Positions 25,601 through 36,375 of a stretch of DNA of 64,000 bases are shown here, in pieces. The stretch is from Cyanophora paradoxa CCMP329 (Eukaryota > Plantae > Glaucophyta): contig QPMI01000679.1 in assembly GCA_004431415.1 (NCBI GenBank), positions 62,001 through 126,000 of the forward strand, read 5' to 3'. Each line of letters opens with the position of its first letter. Within the stretch, counting starts at the first letter, position 1. The position numbers and the translations under genes were made by a program. The notes below the pieces were generated by a model that was not told the DNA's origin, made no database searches, and was given only the letters and a program-made list of their open reading frames with translations.

Positions 25601-25858
25601 GTGGCGCGCGCGCGCGCGGCGTTCAGCGCTCGGCGCGCTGCGCGGCCGGGCGGGCGGGCGGGCCGGCGGCACCGGGGGTAGGAAAGACAGGGCAAATGCG
25701 AGCGGACCGCAGTCGTCGGGCGGCGGCTGCGGCGGCTCGTGGGGCAGGACGAGGTCCGGGGACGCGTCCTCGCCTTCCGCCGCGGTGTACGGGCGCTGGC
25801 TGTGCATCCCGGGGCTCGAGGGTCTCGAATCCGCGTCCGTAACGCGGATTGCTCCCAT
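22659..25858 (-). CDS. Multi-exon hypothetical helical protein with a TPR-like C-terminus
   Basis: A series of short exons with splice sites, including LAHAQFQLAGLLDRVGK..AAVEAYRRALALY (TPR-like). The start and several junctions are uncertain. Confidence 0.55.
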
Positions 25859-25859
25859 T

Positions 25860-26650
25860 TCTTGCGCGAGATCCTCAATCTGGGCGCCAAGTCATCTGGT
25901 GAGTCGGAGACCGGTCGAGCGGTGGGGAAGTTGGGGGAGCGGGCCAGCTGCAGGCTCGGGTGCATGATCTCGGCTCCATCTTTCTCCACCGTGTATTCCC
26001 GGCTCTGCTTCTGCTCCTTCAGGCGCCGAATCCGCTTGACGCCCTCGAGGGCGTCGGTGAACGTGGGCTCGTCGTGAGGCATCGCTGTCAGCGCCCCCGG
26101 TAGATGCTGCGCGATCAGCTGCAGCCGTAGATCCACATGCGCCGAGCCTCCCCGACGACCGCCCCCGGCGCCCCGCTCCCGTCAAGTGCTGGGTCGCGCG
26201 GAGCGCGGATTCGCCCCGCTCCCACGTGCCTCGACCAAGTTTGCTCGCTGCCGCCTGCGTCTGGGGTGTTTGAGCTGCTCTTTGAACGCTGCTACTCCCC
26301 CCTTGTTCCAAGCCGCCTTCGAAACGACCAGGGCGCGCGCCAAGAGTACTGGTACGGGTGCTCGGCGGTTATCGCACGCGCTAGCTGCAGCTGCCGGGCC
26401 CGGCCCGCGCGCTGATGCTGCCGCAGTGCTGGTCACGATATCGATGCCGCGGTGAATGCTCCTCAGGGCCTGGGCGCCGGGCGGCGCTCAGCGGCTGCCG
26501 CATGCGCAGTGCTCTCTAGATCTCGCAACTTCTGCATCTGTGAGAGGAGCGATCGAGACGGCGCGGCGCCCTGGAGCGACAAAAGACTGTACCCCAATTG
26601 CACCTCCGATTCATTTTTGTCCTTCATGAACAGTTTTTTTACCGTATGTG
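25860..26650 (-). pseudogene. Lower-GC gene relic, possibly TE-borne
   Basis: Protein-like segments (VKKLFMKDKNESEVQLGY; SKAAWNKGGVAAFKEQLKHP; DEPTFTDALEGVKRIRRLKEQK) are interrupted by stops and palindromic insertions; no family recognised. Confidence 0.35.
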
Positions 26651-26767
26651 TATATGCATGTATGCGCATCACAGTGCACGTGCATGCAAGCTTGGGGAAT
26701 TTCAAGGCCAGCGCTAGCCTACCGGGGCCCGGGGGTAGCCGGCCGGCCTGGGCCGGCGGGTGGGCCC

Positions 26768-27304
26768 CAGTGATGGCATTCTTTCTAGAAACATTTTTTA
26801 ATTCTATTCCAGGAATAATTCCTAGAATGATTCCTGGAATGGTGCTGGGAACGCCGTTCTTTCAGGAATTGTTCCGAATAAGGGGGGGTACTTGTTCGTG
26901 CATGGAAATTTTCGCCAGAACGCAGCACACAGAGTCCAGCAGAGCGCGCCCGCATCGCAAATCGATGTCTGGTGAGAACGAGGGCTCAGCTGGCCCGCCG
27001 GACTCGCGGGAGTCGCCTCTCCGCAAGCGGTCTGCCCGACGACGTCGACGACGACAGCTCGACTCGGCTTCGAACGCATGAATATGCTTCAATATTTAAT
27101 TCTTGACAGTTCATACAGTGGTCTCGCAAAGCGGGGAGGGGCGGGCAGGGCGGGGCTGGGCCGGCATGGGGTGCGGTACTACGGTACGCGTGTATAAGGG
27201 AAGGGTTTCTAGAAACAATAAAGAATTCGGAATCTTACTAGGAATATTCCAGGAATTATTCCTGGAATGGGCAGTTTTTCGGTTAATTCGGAATAACATC
27301 ACTG
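26768..27304. mobile_element. Non-autonomous hAT-type DNA transposon (MITE), 537 bp
   Basis: TIRs CAGTGATGgcATTC and CAGTGATGttATTC match 12/14. The 8-bp TSD GTGGGCCC is perfect at 26760-26767 and 27305-27312. Subterminal TTCCWGGAAT-like repeats occur at both ends. Confidence 0.88.
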
Positions 27305-27683
27305 GTGGGCCCTCTCGAGCTCTGGGCCTCTGGCCCCCTGGCCGCCGGCCAAGGCCATGGTCCCGATCCATGGCGGCCAGCCCGGCGCCGGCGCCAGGGC
27401 AGCCCCGCGGCGCGCGACCGCGGAGGCCAGCCCGAAATTTCAAGACCAGCCCGCGGCTGCCGGGGCCCGGCAGCCCCCCGCCGGGTCCCGGGGAGCCGCT
27501 GAGCCGGGGGGCGGGAGCCGCGGGACCGGCCCCGAGCCGTGGGGGCGCGGCCTTAAGGCTCCAGATTTAGCACTGCCGATCGACTATCTAACAAAAAGTG
27601 CGATCCCCGCCGGCGCCGCGCGCCGCCCGGCCGCGCGCCGCGCGCCGCGGGCGGCGCCGCACGCGCGCGCGGGGCTGCCGCCT

Positions 27684-30612
27684 CTACATGCGAATGTCGA
27701 AGACGGCGCAGTTGCCGCCCTGGAAGCAAGCGGCGATGCGCTGCCCGTCGCTGCTCCACGAGAGCTCGAAGATCCCGCTCCGTCCCCGGTACGTCTTCAC
27801 GATCGAGCCGTCCTGTCAGCCAAAAATCAGCAAGATCAAATTAAATGAGGCGAGCGAGCGAAGTTCAAATATTCAAAAATGGCGCGGATCGGAGCCGTTA
27901 GGGTCCCACCTTCACAGACCAGACGTGGAGGTTGTGGTCGAACGAGCCGCTCGCGATGTACCCCCCGCTCGGCGAGAACTCGATCGAGTAGACCGGTTCC
28001 CTGTACCCCGCGAGCGCCGCGTGAGCTCAGAGCCAGAGCTCGCTGTACCCCTGGAGCTCCCCGGAGCGAGCGCGCCTGTGCTTGTTGAAGTTCAGGAGGC
28101 GGCGCCCGAACTCCATCTCCCACAGCTGAACCGTCGAGTCGAACGACGCGCTGCGAACGAAGCGACGCGGCGTGAGGGCGCAACGGAAGGGGGTCACGCC
28201 GCGAACGGAGCGGCGGTCCCGCGCGCAGGCTCGCTCGCCTGGCGAGGATGAGGTTCTGGTTGGGGTTCGCGGTCTGGGGCCCCGTCGGGCTCCACGAGAT
28301 CGTGTAGATCTCCTTCGTGTGGCCCTGTAGGTTGAAGAGGGGCTTGTTTTCGTTTTTGTCGGCGCCCTTGAAGGCCCAGACCTGTCGGGAGAAGCGGGGA
28401 GGGGGGGGGGGGGGGGGGTTCAGCGAGGGGGGTACGAGGCCGCGTCGGGGGGCGGGAGGGGAGGACTGCCCGCCTTCGCGGTGTGGTCGTCCGAGCAGGA
28501 GGCGAGGAGGTTGCCGGTGGCGTCCCACCGGATGGCGTTCACCTGCAAAAGGAGAACGGTCGCCTCGCCTCAGCGCAACTCACGCGAAAGGCATCAGCGT
28601 TCGCGTTAGCAGGTGAGCTGTACCTCGTCCTCGTGCGCGGCGTACGTCCGCACCGGCCGCGTATCCCCCAGCTTGCACACTGCGGGGCGGGCGGGCAGAC
28701 GCCCGGCGTAAGGCTCGCGTGAGGCTTCTACTCTGGCGGCTGCCCCGCGAAGCGGGGCCCCTCTGTGCCCGCCCCTCTGTGCCCGCCGCTCTATTCAAAA
28801 GCTAGAGGATGGTTGGACTCGCTCATTCGGCTCGCAAAGCTCGCCGCCCCCCCTCCCCACACGCACCGTGGATGGTCTTGTCCGTCGAGCAGGATGCGAA
28901 CATGACGTTGTTGCGCCAGTCCACGTCCAGCGTCGGCGCTGCGCGGCGCGGTGCTCGCTCGGTCAGCCTCGGCTCCGCCCCGCTCCGCCCGGCCCGCCGC
29001 TCGGGCGAGCCTCCGCCGCGCCGCGCCGCTCGCTCGGCCTGCCTATCGTCTATCTTCTTCTTCCTCCTGCTAGTCCGACTAGGGGCCGCGGTCCCGGAAG
29101 GTCTATCTGAAGCCACGCCTAGCGCCTCCGACACGCCCGCTGGGATCTAGATCCGGCGTTCCCTTGCTTCCTTCCTTCCTTCCACGTCTAGCTCCTCCTT
29201 CATTCACCCTAGGATCTAGATCCCTCGTTTCCTTTCTTCCTTCCTACCGCGCACGCACCGGTGTGGAACTCGAAGGACTGCTTCAGCTCTCCGGTCTTGA
29301 TGTCCCAGACGGCGCACGACTTGTCCACGCTGCCCGTCAGGAGGTAGTCCCCCTTCTTGTTCCACCGCAGGCAGAACAGCGGGCCCTTGTGCTTCGTCAA
29401 CGTGTACTTGATCTGGCCTGAGAAGGAAGAAGGGGATAAGAAGGGGCGGGGCAGACGGGGCGGGGCCCGGCTCGAGAGAGGTACGCACCCTCCGACGTCC
29501 AGATCCGCGCGTTCCCGTCGTACGAGCCCGTAGCCAGCAGCGAGCCGTCGATCTGTGGCGGGATTCGCGGGCGGATCAGGGCGCGCGCGGGGGAAAGGGA
29601 TCGCGGGGTACACCGGCGCACGTTCCAGTCCAGCGTAGTGACGTCGTTGGACCTCGACGAGTCGATAGCGTGCCTGTGCTTAAGAACGAAGGGTGTGGAG
29701 GAGAGGATTGTGGCCTTCTCGCCCGACGGTATTTGGGGGATCGTCCATATCCTCGCCGTCGAGTCGCCCGACCTAAGGCGCAGGCGCAGGCGCCAGGGTT
29801 AGAAACGGAGAAGAGAGAGAACTGAGGCAGCGGAAGAAGCTTCTTCGGCTGCGAACCCGGAGGCCAGCTGCGTGTTGTTCGGGCTCCACTGGCACACGAA
29901 GACCTCGCCCCCGTGCCCCTTGAGCTCGGTGACTTCCCTGTCCTCCACCTCGATCGAAGAAGAAGGCTCCCGTTCGAAGTCTGGCGCAAGAAAAGGCTAA
30001 GCGGCGGCGGCGGAGGCGAGAGCGCGCGGGCGGCGCGTGGAAGAAGGAAAGAAAAGGAGAGGCGCTCGCACCGGCGTCGTTGTCCGAAGCGGAGGGCGCG
30101 AGCAGCCTGTCCGGCGCGACCTGCCTCTCTCTCCTTCCTTTTACCTCGCACTTGTGCGGATACACCACAGAGAAGGGCTGGTCACACAGGATCTCCGCGC
30201 CATCCTGCGGGAAGTGATCGCGCGTCAGCCAGCCGACGCGCGGCGCGCGGTCGGCTTAGTCTCTTGCACTTGATACACACCTCGGCTACGTGCTGCTCGA
30301 GCTCGATATACCGGAGCCCTTTCTCGATGAGCGTGATGAGCTGGGCGGCCGGCACGTCCGACGGCGTGATGGCCGACTTGTTCACGAACGACTCATGACC
30401 GAAAGTGAACGCGGCATGCGTAAAGCCTGCTCGCCGCGCGAGGACCGATCAGCACCGGTGTATGCGAGCAGGCGGGCCACCGGCGCGGCGCACCCGACTC
30501 GAGGAGGTATCTATAGACTAGGTAGTTGATCTGCGAGATCGGAGTGAGCCGCCGAGTAGCAATGACCCGCGCCACGGCGCAGCCGGACCTCGTCGCTCGT
30601 TACGTGGGTCAT
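27684..30612 (-). CDS. TBL1: TBL1/TBL1XR1 (Ebi/HOS15-like) LisH-WD40 co-repressor subunit
   Basis: [31 protein letters not shown] (LisH), [15 protein letters not shown], then WD40 repeats [57 protein letters not shown]; ends FDIRM*. Confidence 0.93.
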
Positions 30613-30828
30613 TGGGGCAACAGCCCCGACGCTGCACGTGGAACACTAACAGTGCTTCGCGTCGCCTGAAGCCAGTATGCACGACGCCCTTCAACTTCGG
30701 GGGGTACACTTTGACACGAGCTTGTCAGCACAGCAAAGTTCCCGAGCGGCTCCAGTGCGTTTCAGGCTACCAGGGGCTTTTATTCAGCACAACTCGGCGG
30801 CGTCCATCCCGTCACTCAACGCCAAGAC
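30613..30828. promoter_or_regulatory. Compact bidirectional promoter between TBL1 and the SBDS-like gene
   Basis: Divergent ATGs are separated by 216 bp. Inferred from geometry only. Confidence 0.55.
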
Positions 30829-32040
30829 ATGCAGAAGGGCCACGTCCACGCCAACCACAAGTCGAAACCCGGCCACGGCCCGGATGGTCAGCTGTGCACG
30901 TGGGAAGACAAGAAGCACCATCAATTCACGTGCGTACGCGTACGGGGACGCCGGACGCGCGCGTCATCGATCGGCCGATCGGCCCCTCAGCCAGGCGGCA
31001 CGCGTACGTCGCACGCATCTGATCGGGAATGCAGGATTGTATGTAAGCCCGGAATGGCGCTGAAATACAAGGATGGCAAACTTGGCTTCGGGAACCTTCT
31101 TGTGAGCGATGCGGTTTACAAAAACTACCAGAAGGGCGAGTGCGTGATCTGAATGCCTGTGCGCGACGCGTCGCACCGACTCGCATACGCAGGACGTACA
31201 CTGACGAGGAGCTAAAGGGCGCATTCGGCACAAGCAACCTCGAGGAGGTCGCGAAGCAGATCCTGGAGAAAGGCGAGCTCAAATTATCGGCGGCGGAACA
31301 GAAGGAGAAAATTGAGAAGGTGAAGAAGGAGATCATCTCGCATCTTCACAAACACTTCCTGGACGTCCGGAGCAACGCCCCGCTGCCGGAGCGCCGCCTG
31401 GAGGAGGCCTTCGAGCAGCTGAAGGCGCGTACGACTGTGCCCGCGCCCTTTCCCGCAATAACTAATCGTAATCAGCAGATCAAGGTCGACCCCGACACGC
31501 CGTTCAGGGAACAGGCGAGCGCGTCCCGCTGCGATTCGCCCGCCCCGCTCTGAGCGCCCCCTCCCCCGCGCGCGCAGCTTACTCAGGTGGTCAAGGCGAT
31601 CAACCCGACGATGGCGATTGCCGAGCGCAAGATCGAGGGCACCCTCGTCGGTCCGCGCGCGAGCCTACCCGGCCCCGCGCCGCCTGCTCCGCTGACGCGC
31701 GCGCGCAGTGCCGAGCAAGTTTGTGTCGCAGGCGAAGACCATCGTCGCGAAGCACGCGGCCGTCGGCGCCTCCGAGTTCTCTGAGGCCGGCCTCACCATG
31801 GAGCTCAGCGTCCTCCCCGGGGAATTCGATCTCCTCGTGGGCGAGCTCCACAAGGTTATGAAGAACGACTTTGAGTGGACGGCCGCGGCCCCCGCGGGCG
31901 CGGGAGGCCACGAGGAGTCCGCCAAGGGCAAGGGCAAGGGCGGCAAGGGCAAGGAGCGGGCGGGGGGCGCGGCGGCGCACGCGGGGCACCCCAAGGGGGG
32001 GAAGGCGGCCGGCGACGAGCCCTCGACCTCCGCCGCCTAA
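30829..32040 (+). CDS. SBDS/Sdo1-family ribosome maturation protein (divergent)
   Basis: Spliced: FTIVCKPGMALKYKDGK...LVSDAVYKNYQKG...DEELKGAFGTSNLEEVAKQILEKGELKLSAAEQKEKIEKVKKEII...PLPERRLEEAF...IKVDP...LSVLPGEFD; all three SBDS domains are represented. Confidence 0.85.
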
Positions 32041-32386
32041 TCGGGCCCGGCCGCGGGGCACTCAAGCTTGTGCTTGGGCTCCCTTCCGGGCGCGGCGCCA
32101 GTGCGCGCGGCTCTTCAAGCTTTAAATTTGATCCGCCGCCCCGGCACCCCATTTTTGTCTCTTTCAAGTCCTCATCGGTGACGGCCACTTTTGATCGGTA
32201 GCTATACATACTTAGTTTCAAGCGAAGATATTTTTGTCGGACCGACCTGTAACCTGTTGAATAATGAAAGAAATAGCCAGCTAGCTGCTGGAAAAATCAG
32301 TCGCCCGACTCCCCGAGTCGCGCCGATTCTCGCATGGACCCATATGCATGGATCAGACCTAGCTAGCTATAGGCTCGAGCCGCTGA

Positions 32387-35300
32387 TCATGAGCCGCCGG
32401 CGAACAGCTCCGCCGGCGCCGCGAACAGCTCCAGGACGCGCGCGGCGGCCGCCTCGACGTCGGCGCCGGCGCCCCACAGCGCCGCGGGGAGGCTGACGGC
32501 GGATGATCATGAGGGGGCTACGGAGAAATTTTGGGGGGTACCGACCTTGAGTTCGAGAGCGGGGGCGGGAGCTGGAAGTCGGGGAGGAGGAGGGGCAGGA
32601 GGCGCGTGCGGCGGTTCTCGGCGAGGGCGAGGGCGTCGCGCAGCGGCCGCGCCGCCGCCGAGCGCGCCGAGAGGAGCGCCACGACGGCCCCCGCCGCCCC
32701 CACGGCCCCGCCAGGCCCGCCCCGCCCTCGGCCCCGGGCTCGCCCTCGACGACCACGCGCCGCCCCGCTGCCCGCAGCCGCCCCGCGAGCCGCCCCGCCG
32801 CCTCCGCGTGCGCCCCGCCGTGCACCACCACAAACTCTGGGCCCTCGGCCGCCGACGGCGCTACTCCGTTCGCCCTCGAGTCTGCCGCCTGCTTGAGAGC
32901 CACCCGTAGCGCTTCGTTCTCAGTCATCTCCAGCGGCTTCGAAGAGGGTTCGAATCAGGGCGGGATGGATTATTGCGAGCGCGGGGGCGGGCGCGGGGGC
33001 GCACGGAGAGGCCTTTGGCGTTGCGGGCTTCGGTCGAAGCGGCCGCCGCGATGAGCGCCCCCGCCGCGCCCTGGTCCCTGCCCGGCCGCGTGGGGCCGGG
33101 CCGGGACGGGGCAAGGCGGGCCGCCGCGCGTACCCCCGGGCGACGGCCCAGTGGAGGGGCGTGTTGCGGTCCTCCGTCGCGTCCGCCGCGTTCGGGTCCC
33201 TGCCGGCCCCCCTTAGCGCAGCCGGGGTACCGAAAAACAAGAGAGTGGAAGCCGCGCACGCTCCCGACGCGAGTAGGGCCTGGACGCAGGGGAGGGTACC
33301 CCAGCGGGCGGCGGCGTGGAGGGGGTAGTCCCCCTGGAAGCCTTTGTTCGGGTCGGCTCCTGCGCCCCGCGGCGCCGTCAGGCCGGCCGGGCCGGGCCGG
33401 GGCCGGGGCGGGCGGGGCGGGGCGGGCCCTTGGCGAGGAGGGCGCGGACGAGAGCGGCGCGGCCGGCGCGGGCGGCGACGTAGAGCGGCGTGCCCCCGTC
33501 CGACGCCCGGTCCACCTCGCACTGCGCCGCGCCGCCGCAGGCTCAGAATTCGAAGCTGATCGTGAAAAGAATGCTGAGGGCGGGCGGGCGTGCCTTTGGG
33601 TGTGCCAGGAGGCCTTCCACGACTCTGTCATCGCTCTCGCCCGGCGGCCCCGCGCAGAACAGCACCAGCGACCTGTCGGAGTACGGGATCGTCGGGGGAA
33701 GTGGGGTACGCGATCTATCTATCTTTGGGGGTACGCACGCGGCGATGCGCTCGGCGGTCTGGGGGCCCCCGAAGCCCGCCCCCCCTTTCTTTTTCTTTTG
33801 GGCTTCCTCTACCCCTGTAGCAGGGGCTGGGGCCGCGGCCGCGGCCGCGGCCGGCCCGGCCTGCTGATGCTCCTTCAGGGGCGGCGCCGGCGCCGCCTCG
33901 GCCCCGACCCCCTCCTCGCCCTCGCCCTCGCCCTCCTTCAGGATCTGAGCCAGCTTCTTGTTCGACTGCGTCGTTCAAAACGGGAGCGCGCGCTCGGTCA
34001 GCCGGACGGGCGGATGGGGAACGTTCTTTCGGAGCGGGAGCGGAGGAACGGTCTCCGCCTACCGCGCAGATGGTTCGGGACCTCCCCAGCCGCTCCTCCT
34101 CGCGCGCTGAATCAAGGAATCAAAGAGGAGTAATTATAACTTCCTAATTAGAAGCTTAAGAGGACGCACGCCCCTCGTAGGGCAGGTTGTCCAGCAGGAG
34201 CAATTCCTTCAGGTTGAAGTTCTTCCCCAGGGACGCGAGGAGGGCGTCCACCCCCTCCTCCCCCAGCCGGTTCGCGTTCAGGCTCACCCTACGTGCGTGA
34301 CGTCACTTAGGGGAAAGAGCGTCCCGACGTCCGACGCTCGGGGAGGAGCCAGCCAGCTAGCCAGCTAGCCAGGCAATAAGGGGGAAGAGCGCCCCGAAGC
34401 TCGGGGAGGAGCCAGAGGGCCAGAGCTCACTTACTTGGTTAGGGAGCGGTTCTTCTCGAGGGCGGCGGCGAGGAGCGCGCCGCAGTCGGCGGTGAGGCGG
34501 CACCTGCGAACGAAGTGGGCGGGCGGGCGGGCACCGGGGGGGGGGAAGGGAGGGGGGGGAAGGGAGGGGGGGAGGGGAGGGGGGGGAAGGGAGGGGGAGG
34601 GGGGGCACCTCGACATCGTCAGCCGCACCAGAGACGCGTTCTTTGCCTGCGAACGATGCGGGCGGAGTGGGCGGGCGCTCGGGCGGGCGCGGGCGCGTGT
34701 CGGCCCCTGGCGCTAGCTGTAGCACCCACGGGCCGGGCCGGGTCTAGGGGGGCGGGGAGGGGCCGGGGCCGGTCTGCCCCCACTCTCTCGGAAAGGGAGG
34801 GGAGCGGGTTCGAGCGGAGCCGATTCGATTTTTTGGAGCAGGTTCAAATGGCCGATGCTTAGGGGTACCCGGTTTGAACGGCGGCGGGGTACGCTACGCT
34901 ACGCACGAGGGCGGCGGCGAGGGCCTCGCAGCCGGCGAGGCCGACGCCGTTGCCGTCGAGGCGGAGGACCTCGAGCGCCGCGTTCGCCTCCAGGCCCCGC
35001 GCCAGCGCCGCGCAGCCCCGCGGCCCAATCCGGCAGTCCTGCAAGGGTGCCGCGGCCGGTCAAGGCGGGGCGAGGCGAGGCGGAAGCGTTATCCAAGGTT
35101 AAGCGAAGGCTAAGGCCGCGCCGAAGCTTTAGCGAAGGTCAAATTAAGGCGAGAGGCTGGCTTCAGCTTTGGACCGGGCCGGGGCCGGGGGCGCCGAGGC
35201 GCCGGCGTCCTCCGATCGAATCGAAGCGAAGGGGCGCATATATATGGCGCACCTGCAGGCCGAGGTACTTGAGGGAGGTGTTGGCGGCGAGGGCGGCGGC

Positions 35301-35796
35301 GAGGCGCGCCGCCCCGTCGTCCGCGAGCCGCGGGTTCGAGCCGAGGCTGATCTCCTTCCAGGGCACGGGGACCCTCTCGCCCGCCTGCAGGAGCTGCGCG
35401 AGCGCGCTGACGTCGGGGGGAGAGAGGCCCTTTGACTCCAGGTTAAGCACGCCCTGCGTGCGTGCGTGCGGGGCGGCCGCGGACCGGACCGGCCGCGTCA
35501 GCGCTAGCTCGCTGGCTGGATGCGCTTGCGGCGGAGCTAAGCAGAGTCATTAGCTAGGCTCTCGTGACGGACGATGGCGCGTGTGGTGTGCGCGCCGGCG
35601 GTTACGAGGGACCGGAACGCGCGCGCCGCATTTGGACACGGGCGGGCGGGCGGCCGCGGGCGGGCACGTTGGCCGTGCGCACCTTCGAGAGCGCTCCCTG
35701 CGCGAAGCCAAGCCGCTTCTCGAGTGCTTCCACCGTGGGCGGGGGCGCCTCACGGACGCGCCCCTGCAGGAAGGAAAGCGCCGGCGGGAGCGCCAT
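32387..35796 (-). CDS. RNI-like LRR + ankyrin + degenerate TIR-like domain protein (copy A, lacks the catalytic TIR)
   Basis: LRR exons (LGSNPRLADDGAARLAAALAANTSLKYLGLQ...), ANK (GTPLYVAA, DYPLHAAA, NTPLHWAV), then LKQAADSR..PEFVVVHG..AVVALLSARS..LLPLLL. One apparent 1-nt frameshift near 32705; start uncertain. Confidence 0.75.
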
Positions 35797-36054
35797 TCGC
35801 GCCCGTTCGGCCCCCAGCTGGCAGCTGCTCTATTGTACCTTCTGCTAGCGCTGCAGCGAGGACTGGGAAGCGGGCCTGAGGCGGGCCACTCAGACGGCGG
35901 CTCACGGGGTACGCGTTCAACTCAGCGTCCCAGACCTGAACGACGGCGTGCACGAGGTTCGCGATTCTACGGCGGACGGAAACAAGGGATCTTGTCAGCT
36001 TGATAAGTTGCAAGCACCAGCGCCGCCTCCCAAGCGCGGCTGGAAGGCTCAACT

Positions 36055-36091
36055 GCTGCTGGAGCACAAGGCGACGGTCTGGGCGGAGGTC
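36055..36091 (+). repeat. 37-bp fragment of the LRR exon of copy B within the intergenic spacer
   Basis: gctgctggagcacaaggcgacggtctgggcggaggtc matches 36603-36639 at 35 of 37 positions. Confidence 0.75.
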
Positions 36092-36375
36092 CAAAGCTGT
36101 CGGGCACTGTCGGCACTTCCAGCCTTCCTCCCAAGTTCGACCGCACCAGGCTCGGAGCTCGAGGCTCAACTTCTGTGGCCGCCACGCTAGCTTCGCCGTC
36201 GGCGGCAGCGCAGCTGCCTGGAAGGGAGGCGCGTGCGTCCTATTGCTCCCAGAAACTTACCTGCTCGGAGGTCGAGTGCGACGGTTTAGCTGGCTTCTCC
36301 GTCAGCAGCAGCGACCGCGGGGACGCGTACGTAGAGACGGCGGATATGTAGCGTGCGGCGCCCGTCCGAGCATCC

